Assembly: GCA_963798985.1 (NCBI GenBank) | Contig: CAWCVL010000008.1 | Span: 30,442-94,441 of the forward strand | Length of the DNA: 64,000 nt | Direction: 5' to 3' | From: an uncultured Actinomycetes bacterium | GTDB lineage: Bacteria; Actinomycetota; Thermoleophilia; Gaiellales; Gaiellaceae | Shown here: piece after piece, positions 28,343 to 38,366 of the stretch | Position numbering within the stretch: position 1 is the first letter of the stretch | Layout: every line of letters begins with the position of its first letter | Notes under the pieces: model-generated | What the model was told of the DNA's origin: nothing | Databases searched by the model: none | What the model saw: the letters and a program-made list of their open reading frames with translations, nothing else | Program-made: the position numbers and the translations under genes

Positions 28343-29903
28343 CGCCGCTCGAGCTCGCGCGCGGCGCGCTCGCCTCGCTCGAAGCGAACCGCCAGCGGAT
28401 CGACGACCTCAACGTCTACCCGGTGCCCGACGGCGACACCGGCACGAACCTGACGCTGACCGCGCGCGCGATCGTCGACGCGCTCGAGACGACCGAGTCG
28501 ACCGACCGGCCGACGCTCGCGAAGGAGGTGACCCGCGCCGCGCTGATGGGCGCGCGCGGCAACTCCGGCGTGATCCTCTCGCAGATCGTGCGCGGCTTCG
28601 CCGACGTGGTCGGGCGAGGCGGAGCCCTTCGACGCGGGCGCGCTCGCGCGAGCCTTCCGAGGAGCGAGCGACGCGGCGTACCGCGCGGTTCGCCGACCGG
28701 TCGAGGGGACGATGCTGACCGTGATCCGCGAGCTCGCCGAGGCAGCGGAGCGCGCCGACCACTCCCAGGTCCGCCGCGGAGCTCCTCGTCGAGCTCGTGC
28801 ATGCCGGCGAGGAGTCGCTCGCGCGCACGCAGGACATGCTCGACGTCCTGCGCGACGCGGGCGTCGTCGACGCAGGCGGCGCGGGGCTCGTCGAGATCGT
28901 GCGCGGGCTCGCGGCGACCGCGACCGGCGAGCCGATCCCGGAAGCGCCGGCCCGCGAGTCGCTCGGCTTCGACGCGATCCACCAGGAGCTTTCGGAGTAC
29001 CGCTACTGCACGACGTTCGTGATCGAGGGCGACGGCCTCGTGCGCGAGGAGCTCGAGGGCGAGCTGGAGCAGCTCGGCGACTCGCTCCTCGTCGTCGGCG
29101 ACCCAGCGGCGATGAAGGTGCACGTGCACACCGACGAGCCCGGCAAGGCGCTCGCGATCGGCACGACGCGCGGCACGATCGCCGGAGTCGAGATCGCGAA
29201 CATGCACGTGCAGACGCAGCACCGGTCAGCGCGACTCGAGGCCGTTCCGGATGTGCGGACCGACGTCGTCGCGGTCGTCGTGGGCGAGGGGAACCGCCGC
29301 CTGTTCGAGACGCTCGGCGCGACGAGCTTCGTCGAGGGTGGTCAGACGATGAACCCCTCCACCGCCGACCTCGTCGCCGCGGTCGAGCGCACCGGCGCGG
29401 CGGAGGTCGTCCTGCTCCCGAACAACTCGAACGTGATCATGAGCGCGGAACAGGCCGCGCGGCTCGCGGGCAAGCCGGTGCACGTCGTCGCGAGCGACTC
29501 GATCCCGGCCGGACTCGCCGCGATCGTCGCCTTCGACCCGCAGCGAAGCGCCGAGGAGAACGCAGCCGAGATGCGCGAGGTGCTCGAGGCCGTCGCGACC
29601 GGCGAGGTGACCGTCGCCTCGCGCGACGCGCAGCTGAACGGGCTCGCCGTGCCGATGGGCGCGTTCCTCGGTCTCGCCGACGGGAAGGCGGTCGCGGTCG
29701 GCGAGAGCTTCGACGACGTCGCGCGCCAGGTGGTCGAGCAGTTGCTCGCCGAGCCCCGCGGGATGCTGACGCTCCTGCGCGGAGAGGAAGCGCCCGAGCT
29801 CGACGCGCTCGTCGCTTCGCTCGCGAAGCAGCACCCCGACCTCGAGGTGGACGTCCAGGACGGCGGCCAGCCGCACTACCCGCTCCTGCTCTCCGCCGAG
29901 TGA
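28339..29903 (+). pseudogene. DAK2 domain fusion protein (YloV / FakA-like fatty-acid kinase subunit), two frameshifts in this sequence
   Basis: NVYPVPDGDTGTNL and GARGNSGVILSQ (frame 1), EAEPFDAGALARAFRGASDAAYRAVRRPVEGTMLTV (frame 2, extra G at about 28613), and AAELLVELVHAGEESLARTQDMLDVLRDAGVVDAGGAGL through the end (frame 0, extra C at about 28771). ATGA overlap with the asp23 stop. Confidence 0.85.
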
Positions 29904-30287
29904 CGGACGGCCGGGTCCGCGTCGTCCTCGTGGAGGACAACCAGGTCTTCCGCGAGGCGCTCGAGCTGCTGCTCGGCCTCCGCGACGACATCGACGTCGT
30001 CGCGTCGGTGGCCGAAGGCACCCTCGCCGTGCCCGCGTGCGTCGAGCACAAGCCCGACGTCGTCGTGATGGACTATCGGCTGCCCGGGACTCGACGGCGT
30101 CCAGGCGACGAGGGCGGTCGTCGCGAGCTGTCCCGGTACCAACGTCGTCGCACTGACCGCTTCTGCGAACCTCCGCGAGATGAAAGCCCTCGAGGAGGCC
30201 GGCGCGGTCGCCTGCCTGACGAAGGACCAGGACCTCGACGAGATCGTCGGAGCGATCCTGCGCGCGGGCGGGCGCGAGCCCTCGTGA
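29900..30287 (+). pseudogene. stand-alone response-regulator receiver (REC) domain protein, frameshifted in this sequence
   Basis: VRVVLVEDNQVF...PDVVVMDYRLPG then LDGVQATRAVV...VVALTAS...ACLTKD after an extra C/G at about 30085. All receiver residues are present and there is no output domain. GTGA overlaps at both ends. Confidence 0.8.
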
Positions 30288-31143
30288 ACCTGACCGCGAA
30301 GAACACCGCCGTCGTTCTCGACTCGACGGCCGACTTCCCGGAGGCGGCGGAGCGCTTCCCGAACTGGCGCATGGTCCCGCTGTACGTCCGCTTCGGCGAC
30401 GAGAGCTATCGCGACTACGTCGAGCTCGGCCCGCACGAGTTCTACGAGCGGTTGCGGACGTCGCCGACGACTCCGGCGACCTCGCAGCCGACGCCGGGCG
30501 ACTTCGCAGCGACCTACACGGAGCTCGCGGGCTACGACCGCATCTTCTCGATCCACATCCCGGAGTCGCTCTCGGGAACGATCCAGAGCGCGCGCGTCGC
30601 GGCCGAGGAGTTCGGCGACAAGGTGCGCGCGATCGACTCGGGCACGGCGTCGGCGGCGAGGCGATGCTCGGCTTCGCGATCCAGCGGCGGCTCGAGCGCG
30701 GCACGACCGACGAGGAGATCGACGCGCTCGTCACGCGCTTCAAGGAGACCGCCGCGATCCTCTTCACCGTCGACACGCTCGAGTTCCTCCAGCGGGGCGG
30801 GCGGATCGGGCGCGCAGCGAAGTTCGCAGGGCAGCTGCTGCACGTGAAGCCGATCCTCACGATCGAGGACGGAGAGGTCATTCCGCTGAAGCGCGTGCGG
30901 GGTGCGGCCAAGGCGTTCGCCGAGTTCCAGCAGCAGTTCATCGACTCGACGATCGACACCGACCACCTCCGCGTCGGCATCGCGCACGCCGACGCGCCGG
31001 ACCGAGCGGAGCAGCTCCGCAAGATGGTCGCCGGCGAGCGGCCGAAGGCGCAGATCGAGATCGTGACGACGCTCGGCGCGGTGGTCGGGACGCACGCCGG
31101 CCCCGGCACGGTCGGCTTCTTCTGGTTCACGGACGACGCGTAG
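30284..31143 (+). pseudogene. DegV family (FakB-like) fatty-acid-binding protein, frameshifted in this sequence
   Basis: TAVVLDSTADFP...YRDYVELGPHEFYERLRTSPTTPATSQPTPGDF...IHIPESLSGT in frame 2, then EAMLGFAIQ...LFTVDTLEFLQRGGRIG...GTHAGPGTVGFFW in frame 1. One G missing at about 30655. Confidence 0.85.
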
Positions 31144-31192
31144 CTCCGTCCGTCCGGACCGCGTTTCTATACTCGGACCGGCTCTGGTCGTC

Positions 31193-33250
31193 GTGGAGAC
31201 ACCCATCCGCACCGCAGCGGGTTTCTCGGGCGTGGACCCGCCCGGGCGTTGGCAACCCTCGCGATCGACGCCCCGGCCCGAGCGGCTCGAGCGCGCGCTC
31301 GACGTCCTGCCGGGCATCGGCGTCACGGTGGCGAAGCGGCTCGCCAAGCTCGGTCTCGGCACCGTCGGCGATCTGCTCCGGCACGCGCCGTTCCGCTACG
31401 AGCCGGCCGCGCCCGAGCTCCAGATCGCGGAGCTGTTCGGCGAGGAGGAGGCGGCGATCTCCGGTGTCGTGGTCAGCGTGCGCAAGCGGCGCGCGCGCCG
31501 GCTGACGATCGTCACCGCGCGCGTCGAGGACGCCAGCGGTCACATCGACGCGGTCTGGTTCAACCAGGAGTGGCTCGCGGACAAGCTGCAACCCGGCACG
31601 CACGTGCGTCTGCGCGGGCAGCGGCGCCGCAACGACTTCGTCGTCAAGAGCTACGACCTCGGCGAGACGACGCAGACCGCCGACTTCGCGCCGGTCTACC
31701 CGGCGAGCGAGGACGTGACAACGAAGCGGCTGCGAGCGTTCGTCGAGTCGGCGCTGCCGTACGCGGGCGACGTCGGCGACCTGCTTCCCGCGGTGCTGCG
31801 TGCGCGGCTCGAGCTCCCGATCGCGCGCGACGCGCTCGTCGCGATCCACCGGCCGCAGTCGGAGCAGGACGCCGAGCGCGGCCGGCGCAGGCTCGCGTTC
31901 GACGAGCTCCTCGAGCTGCAGCTCGCGCTCGCGCTTGCGCGCCGCGACCGCGAGGACGCGAAAGCGCCGGAGCTCGGCGCGCCCGGCGAGCTGATCGAGC
32001 GCTACCGCGGCGCACTGCCCTTTGCGTTCACGGAGCACCAGGAGCGCGCGATCGCCGAGCTCGACCACGACCTCGCGCGCAGCACGCCGATGCAGCGGCT
32101 GCTGCAGGGCGACGTCGGCTCCGGCAAGACCGTCGTCGCGCTCTACGCGCTCCTGCGCGCGGTCGAGCACGGGTACCGCGGCGCGCTGATGGCTCCGACC
32201 GAGACGCTCGCCGAGCAGCACTTCCTGACGATCGACCCGATCTGCGTCGCGCTCGGCGTGCGCGCGGCGCTGCTGACGAGCCACGCGAGAGCCGGGGTCG
32301 GCGACGCGCAGATCGTCGTCGGCACGCACGCGCTGATCCAGGAGGGCGTCGAGCTCACGGACCTCGGCGTCGCCGTCGTCGACGAGCAGCACCGCTTCGG
32401 CGTCGAGCAGCGCAAGGCGCTCTCGGAGGGACGCTCGCCGCACGTCCTGCACATGACCGCGACGCCGATCCCGCGCACGCTCGCGCTGACGCTCTACGGC
32501 GACCTCTCGGTCAGCGAGATCGCGAAGCCGCCGGCGAACCGCAAGCCGATCGTCACGCGCTGGATCCCGCAGGAGCGGAGCTCGGAGGCGTACACCCGAC
32601 TGCGCCGCCTGCTCGAGGAGGGCCGGCAGGCGTACGTGGTCTGCCCGGTGATCGAGGAGTCGGAGACCAGGCAGGCGAAGGCGGCGGAGGTCGAAGCAGA
32701 GCGACTCCGGCACGGTGAGCTGAAGGGCTTCCGCGTCGGCTGTCTCCACGGGCGACTCAAGCCCGCCGACCGCCGCTCGCTGATGGCGCAGTTCAAGGCG
32801 CGCGAGCTCGACGTGCTCGTCGCGACGACGGTGATCGAGGTCGGCGTCGACGTCCCGAACTCGACCGTGATGATCGTGCAGGAGGCCGACCGCTTCGGGC
32901 TCGCCCAGCTGCACCAGCTCCGCGGCCGCGTGGGGCGCGGGGGAGAGCAGTCGTACTGCCTGCTCGTCTCGCGCGCGAAGGACGAGCTGACCGATTCCGC
33001 CCGCGCCCGGCTCGAGGCGATGGTCGCGTCGACCGACGGCTTCGAGCTCGCCGAGCGCGACCTCGAGATCCGCGGCGAGGGCGAGCTGCTCGGCACACGC
33101 CAGTCGGGCGCGTTCGGCCTGCGCTTCGCCTCGCTCCGCGGCGACCGCGACCTGCTGGAGCTCGCCCGGCGCGAGGCGGCGGAACTGGCGGAGAAGCACG
33201 GACTTCTGCAAGACGAGATCGCAGCGCGCGCGCGACTCGCCGCTGCGTGA
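31193..33250 (+). CDS. recG: ATP-dependent DNA helicase RecG
   Basis: 685 aa. Wedge domain, Walker A GDVGSGKT, DEQHRFG, TATPIPRTLAL and QLHQLRGRVGRG. Confidence 0.95.
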   Translation: METPIRTAAGFSGVDPPGRWQPSRSTPRPERLERALDVLPGIGVTVAKRLAKLGLGTVGDLLRHAPFRYEPAAPELQIAELFGEEEAAISGVVVSVRKRRARRLTIVTARVEDASGHIDAVWFNQEWLADKLQPGTHVRLRGQRRRNDFVVKSYDLGETTQTADFAPVYPASEDVTTKRLRAFVESALPYAGDVGDLLPAVLRARLELPIARDALVAIHRPQSEQDAERGRRRLAFDELLELQLALALARRDREDAKAPELGAPGELIERYRGALPFAFTEHQERAIAELDHDLARSTPMQRLLQGDVGSGKTVVALYALLRAVEHGYRGALMAPTETLAEQHFLTIDPICVALGVRAALLTSHARAGVGDAQIVVGTHALIQEGVELTDLGVAVVDEQHRFGVEQRKALSEGRSPHVLHMTATPIPRTLALTLYGDLSVSEIAKPPANRKPIVTRWIPQERSSEAYTRLRRLLEEGRQAYVVCPVIEESETRQAKAAEVEAERLRHGELKGFRVGCLHGRLKPADRRSLMAQFKARELDVLVATTVIEVGVDVPNSTVMIVQEADRFGLAQLHQLRGRVGRGGEQSYCLLVSRAKDELTDSARARLEAMVASTDGFELAERDLEIRGEGELLGTRQSGAFGLRFASLRGDRDLLELARREAAELAEKHGLLQDEIAARARLAAA

Positions 33251-33302
33251 CCCCGCCGAGTGATCGGCGTAGAGTCGGCGGATGCGCCCTGCTGCTGGGG
33301 CC

Positions 33303-34309
33303 ATGCCGTTCGCTCTCCTTGCCCTCGCCGCCTGCGGCGGCGTCGGGAACGAGTCCGGATACGGCTCAGACCTCGACCCTCCCTCCGCGAGCGCCGACGG
33401 TTGTGCCTACTGGTCTCCCGACGGCCAGATGTTCGCGTTCAGCCGCAGCTCTGACCTGGGGGTGGATGCGTTCGTCGCCGATCGCACGGGGACGCGAGTG
33501 CGCCGAGTGACTCGCACGCGCGAAGACGAGGCCGTGCTCGGATGGCTCGAGCATCCAACGAAGGCGGTGGTCGCCCAAGGCCGCGATGTCGTCGCGCTCT
33601 CCATTAGGAGGCGCCGCGCCCGCAGCGGCTCCTACGCCTCCGTCGCGGCGAGACGCTGGTCTCGATGTCGCAAGAGGGCCGGTTCCTGGTCGTCGAGGGC
33701 GTCGACTCCAGCGGTGAGTCGGTGCTCCGCGCCGTTCGTGTCCGCGACGGAAGGCGCGTCGACCTCGCCCATGGATTCTTCTCCGGAGGCAGCTTCGCCG
33801 AGCGCGCGGCGAGAGTCGCGTTCGTCGCCGACGACCAGGTCGTCGTCCTCGACCTCGCTTCGGAGCGTCGTGCCGCCGTCAGTTCTGGGTATCTCGGCGA
33901 CACGCCTGCTCTCTCGCCCGACGGGAGGGCGGTGGCGTTTGCGCGCGCGAGCGGAGATGGCGTCAACCGGATCTACCGAGCCGACCTCGGCCCGGACCTC
34001 GGGCCGGGGCTGGTCCAGGTGCTTACCGGCGACGGAGACGCCGAGAACACGAACCCCGTCTTCGCACCGAACGGCAGGCGTCTCCTCTATCAGCACGGCG
34101 GTGACTTGAGGGCGTTCGACCTCGACGCCCGCCGAGACGAGCAGCTGACGGTCGCGGGCGGCACCGGAGACTACTGCCCTGCCATCTCCCCCGACGGTCG
34201 ACGGATCGCGTTCATACGGCAGGTCGGGGGCTTGTTTTCGGCGACCAGCGCGCTCATCGTCATGGAGGCCGATGGCAGCGACAAGCGGCTCGTTCCGGCG
34301 GAAGGTTGA
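33303..34309 (+). pseudogene. TolB-like PD40 beta-propeller lipoprotein, frameshifted in this sequence
   Basis: MPFALLALAACGG lipobox. Repeated SPDG motifs (WSPDGQMFAF, LSPDGRAVAF, FAPNGRRLLY, ISPDGRRIAF). Frame 0 changes to frame 2 at about 33647 (one base missing). Confidence 0.65.
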
Positions 34310-34328
34310 CTGCAGGTTGAATACCGGC

Positions 34329-34604
34329 ATGTGCCGAAACATCCACACGCTCTACAACTTCGAGCCCCCGGCGACCGAGGACGAGATCCGCGGCGCCGCG
34401 CTCCAGTACGTCCGCAAGGTCAGCGGCTTCACGAAGCCGTCGCAGGCGAACGAGGCGGCCTTCGACGCCGCGGTCGACGAGGTCGCCGACGCGACGCGCA
34501 GGCTGATCGACTCGCTCGTGACGACGGCCGCGCCGAAGGACCGCGAGGACGAGGCCGAACGTGCACGCGCGCGCGCTGTCGCGCGCTTCGGCACTGCGGC
34601 GTAG
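34329..34604 (+). CDS. DUF2277 domain-containing protein
   Basis: MCRNIHTLYNFEPPATEDEIRGAALQYVRKVSGF matches the conserved DUF2277 N-terminus. 91 aa. Confidence 0.7.
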   Translation: MCRNIHTLYNFEPPATEDEIRGAALQYVRKVSGFTKPSQANEAAFDAAVDEVADATRRLIDSLVTTAAPKDREDEAERARARAVARFGTAA

Positions 34605-34638
34605 GGAACCTCCGCTCCCGCGCGGGTGTAGGGAAGGC

Positions 34639-35702
34639 ATGCGCCTGCTCGTCCTCGTGCTCCTGCTCCCGGCCTTCTCGTCCGGCGGGGTCCCGTCGGT
34701 CGCGCTCCAGAGCCCGCGTGCCGCCCATACCGCGACCTTGCTTCGCTCCGGGGAGGTGCTCGTCGTGGGCGGTTGCGCCGTCGACTCCTGCGAGCTCGAC
34801 GCCCGCGGCGCGACGAGCGAGCTCTTCGACCCGAGGACGAGCCGGTTCAGGGCGGGGCCGCGGCTGGCGGCGCCGAGGGACGGCCACGCAGCCGCGCTGC
34901 TCCCGGGCGGAGACGTGCTGGTCGTCGGTGGCTGGGCACCCGAGCTGACGCGGACGGCCGAGCGCTTCGACGGGTCGCGCTTCGCGAAGCACCGGTTCGC
35001 TGGCACGTTGCGCGCGGTGGGCCGACGGCGACCTCGCTCCGAGACGGCCGGGTGCTCGTGGTCGGCGGGTCGGCGCCCGGCGGCGGGTCGCTCGCGAGCG
35101 CGGAGCTCTACGACCCCCGCACCGGGTCGCTTCTCGCCGACCGGCTCGATGCGCTCGCCGCGCGGCGCGCACGTCGCAGTCCGCCTGCTCGACGGGCGCG
35201 TGCTCGTGATCGGCGGCTCGAACCGCGGGCGGGTGCTCGCGACGACGGAGCTCTACGACCCGAAGCTGCGGGCGGTTCACGCGCCGGCCCGCGACTCCGC
35301 GTCGCGCGCCACAAGCACGCGGCCGTCGTACTCCGCAGCGGCCGGGTGCTCGTGCTCGGCGGTTCGGACGCGCGCGACTTCGCCGGCCGCCTCGCGTCCG
35401 CGGAGCTCCTGGACGTCAAGCGCGCCGGCGCGCTGCGTGTTCCGTCGATGAGCGCGCGCCGCTTCAAGCTCACCGACGCGGCGACGCTGCTCGCCGACGG
35501 CTCGGTGCTCGTCGCAGGCGGCGCTCGGCAACTCGAGCGCTACGACCCACGCCGTGGCCGGTTCGTCCAGGCCGGCCGGATCGACAGCGCGCTCGCGTTC
35601 GCCACCGCGACGCGCCTGCGCGACGGGCGCGTGCTCGTGGTCGGAGGCTACGACGAACGCCTCGTGATCAGCGCTCGCGCCTGGCTCGTCAAGCCGGGCT
35701 GA
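34639..35702 (+). pseudogene. secreted Kelch-repeat beta-propeller protein, three frameshifts in this sequence
   Basis: Signal peptide MRLLVLVLLLPAFS. At least five repeats of the form H.A..L.DGRVLVVGG...AELYDP, spread over frames 1>0>1>0, with changes at about 35012 (-1), 35125 (+1) and 35275 (-1). Confidence 0.65.
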
Positions 35703-35717
35703 GCTACCGTCGCCGGC

Positions 35718-36248
35718 GTGCGGATCATCGCCGGCACGCACAGGGGCCACCGGATCGCCGCGCCCAAGGGGCTCGACACCCGCCCCACGAGCGACCGCGT
35801 GCGCGAGAGCGCGTTCAACCTGATCGGCCCGGTCGACGGCGCGTCGGTGCTCGACCTCTTCGCCGGCTCGGGCGCGATGGGGCTCGAAGCGCTCTCGCGC
35901 GGCGCCGACAGCGCGACGTTCGTCGAGGCCGACCGCCACGCCGCCGAGACGATCGACCAGAACCTCGTGAAGCTGCGACTCACCGGTGCGCGGATCGTTC
36001 GCTCCGACGCCGTGCGTGCGCTCGCCGCCGAGGCGTCCGCGGGCAGGAAGTACGATCTCGTGCTGGTCGACCCCCCGTACGACCTCTACCAAGACCTTGA
36101 ACCCATGCTCGCCCGCTATCTCCCGCACGTCCTCGCCGAGGGCGGCCTCGTGGTCGTCGAGACGGGCGCACGCGTCGAGCCGGAGCTTCCGCTCGAGCAG
36201 CGCACCTCACGCAGGTACGGCTCGGCGCGCGTGACGCTCTTCGAATGA
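35718..36248 (+). CDS. rsmD: 16S rRNA (guanine966-N2)-methyltransferase
   Basis: 176 aa. RIIAGTHRGHRI, RPTSDRVRESAFN, LDLFAGSGAMGLEALSRGA and DPPY. Confidence 0.9.
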   Translation: MRIIAGTHRGHRIAAPKGLDTRPTSDRVRESAFNLIGPVDGASVLDLFAGSGAMGLEALSRGADSATFVEADRHAAETIDQNLVKLRLTGARIVRSDAVRALAAEASAGRKYDLVLVDPPYDLYQDLEPMLARYLPHVLAEGGLVVVETGARVEPELPLEQRTSRRYGSARVTLFE

Positions 36249-36760
36249 TCACCGCGATCTGCCCAGGGTCGTACGACCCCGTCACGTTCGGCCACGTCGA
36301 CGTGATCGGCCGCGCCGCCGCGATCTTCGACCGCGTCGTCGTCGGAGTGGTCGGCGCGCCGCGCCACAAGACGCCGCTCTTCGATCTCGAGGAGCGCGTC
36401 GGGTTCCTGCGCGAGGCGCTCGGGGACCTTGAAAACGTCGAGGTCGACGTCTTCTCGGAGCTCGTCGTCGAGTTCGCCCGCAAGTGGGAGGCGAAGGCGA
36501 TCGTCAAGGGCCTGCGCGTGATCTCCGACTTCGAGTGGGAGTTCCAGATGAACCAGCTGAACCGGATGCTCGCCCCCGAGATCGAGACCGTCTACGTGAT
36601 GGCGAGCGCCCAGGTCAGCTTCGTGTCCTCCAGCGGCGTAAAGGAGATCGCCGCCTTCGGAGGAAGGGTGGACGAACTCGTGCCCGAGTCGGTGGCGCGA
36701 CGGTTCGTCGAGCTGTACCCGCAGGGCCGACCCGGAACCCCCGAAAACCCCCAGGAGTAG
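36245..36760 (+). CDS. coaD: phosphopantetheine adenylyltransferase
   Basis: 171 aa. CPGSYDPVTFGHVDVI and ISDFEWEFQMNQLN. ATGA overlap with the rsmD stop. Confidence 0.95.
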   Translation: MITAICPGSYDPVTFGHVDVIGRAAAIFDRVVVGVVGAPRHKTPLFDLEERVGFLREALGDLENVEVDVFSELVVEFARKWEAKAIVKGLRVISDFEWEFQMNQLNRMLAPEIETVYVMASAQVSFVSSSGVKEIAAFGGRVDELVPESVARRFVELYPQGRPGTPENPQE

Positions 36761-36771
36761 ACTTCAAGCCC

Positions 36772-37275
36772 ATGGACGTACTGGTTCTGATCGACAAGCT
36801 CGACGACCTCGTGCACAACGCGAAGGCCGTCCCCCTCACCGACCAGGTGCGGATCGACCGCGAGGAGATCTACGACATCCTCGACCAGATGCGGGCGACG
36901 ATCCCCGAGGAGATCAAGCAGGCGCGGTGGATCGTCAAGGAGCGCCAGGACATGCTCGCCGAGGCGAAGCGGGAGGTCGATCGGCTGCTGGCCGAGGCCC
37001 GCGAGCAGGCGGTGCGCGAGGCCTCGCAGACCGAGATCGTCAAGCTCGCCGAGCGTCAGGCTCAGGACATCGTCGACGAGGCGCGCCGGCAAGCGCGTGA
37101 GACGCGACTCGAGATGGAGGACTGGGCGGACGGGATCCTCTCGACGCTCGAGGTCAACCTCGAGAAGTTCCTCACCGCGGTCAAGCGCGGTCGCGAGCGG
37201 CTGCACGAGCGCTCGCAGGAACACGTGATGGCGGGCGTCTCCGAAGCCGTCACCAACGAAGACCCGTACCAGTAG
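36772..37275 (+). CDS. hypothetical coiled-coil protein (ATP synthase b-subunit-like heptads)
   Basis: 167 aa from ATG 36772, with charged helical repeats (KQARWIVKERQDMLAEAKREVDRLLAEAREQAVREA). GC3-rich coding signal. No catalytic motif. Confidence 0.55.
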   Translation: MDVLVLIDKLDDLVHNAKAVPLTDQVRIDREEIYDILDQMRATIPEEIKQARWIVKERQDMLAEAKREVDRLLAEAREQAVREASQTEIVKLAERQAQDIVDEARRQARETRLEMEDWADGILSTLEVNLEKFLTAVKRGRERLHERSQEHVMAGVSEAVTNEDPYQ

Positions 37276-37279
37276 CCGG

Positions 37280-38189
37280 CTAGGCCGGAACGCGAAGCTC
37301 TGCGCAGACCTGCTGCGCGAGCTCGACGAACGCGCGCGCGGCGGGGCCGCGGTGGCGGTCGCGGTGCCACGCGACGGCGATCGTGCGCGGCGGGACGTCG
37401 TCGAGCTCGATGGCGCGCACGCGCTCGTCTTCGTGGTCGACGGTCAGTCGCGGGACGACGGCCGCGCCGAAGCCGGCAGCGACCATGCCCTGCACGGTCC
37501 CGTTGTGGTCGGAGCGGAAGACGAAGCGGAGCGGCTCCGGCGAGAAGCTCTCGAGCTGGTTCAGGCCCGCGGCAGTGCCGGAAACCGATCAGGTCGAGCC
37601 CGGCCGCGGCGGCGAGCGTCGCGGTGTCGGGATCGTCCGCGTCTGCCGGCAGCACGAGGACGTAGGGGTCGCGCAGCACCTCGGCGTGCTCGAACGGGCC
37701 GTCGGGGAGGGGTAGGTCGGCGAACGTGAGGTCGAGCTCCCCGCGCTCGATTTGCCCGAGCAGCTCGACGTCGTTCGCCGCCTCTTCCAGCGAGACCTCG
37801 ACCCGGGGCCAGCCCTCGACGAAGCGCGACATGAGCGTGGGGAGGATGTGCTCTCCGACGCTCTGGTAGACGCCCACGCGGAGCGTGCCCGCCTGACCGG
37901 CGCCGAGGGCGTCCATGTCTGCCCTGGCCGCGGAGAGGCGCGAGACGATCGCCTCGGCGTGTCGGAGCAGCAGCTCTCCCGCCTCGGTGAGCGACACCTT
38001 GCGCGGCCCCCCGGGGCGCTCGACGAGCTTCTCGCCGACGATCCGCTCGAGGGTCGCGATCTGCTGGCTGATCGCCGACTGGGTGTAGCCGAGCGAGATC
38101 GCCGCGCGGCCGAACGACGCCTCACGAGAGACGGCCTCCAGCGCGATCAAGTGGCGAAGCTCGATCCCGAGCCAACGATCAGGGTCCAT
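37280..38189 (-). pseudogene. LysR-family transcriptional regulator, frameshifted in this sequence
   Basis: HTH LRHLIALEAVSREASFGRAAISLGYTQSAISQQIATLE. The effector-domain C-terminus (LNQLESFSPEPLRFVFRSDHNGTVQGMVAAGFGAAVVP...) is in another frame after an extra base at about 37566. Divergent from the EamA gene. Confidence 0.8.
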
Positions 38190-38249
38190 GATGGAAAGGT
38201 ACCAAAACACGATTGGTGCTTATGGAAGCCGATGCCGATACTGGGTGTC

Positions 38250-38366
38250 ATGGAGCTAGTGATCCTCGCCTTCCTCCTGCTGATCGGCCCACTGGCCGTT
38301 CGCTACGGCGCGGACTCGCGTGTGACTGACACTCGCGAACGACGCGGCCCGTGGCGCACCGGCTAA
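38250..38366 (+). CDS. small hydrophobic peptide (38 aa), hypothetical
   Basis: MELVILAFLLLIGPLAVRYGADSRVTDTRERRGPWRTG has one TM helix followed by a YG.DSR motif that I recall from short actinobacterial ORFs. An alternative ATG lies at 38232. Confidence 0.4.
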   Translation: MELVILAFLLLIGPLAVRYGADSRVTDTRERRGPWRTG

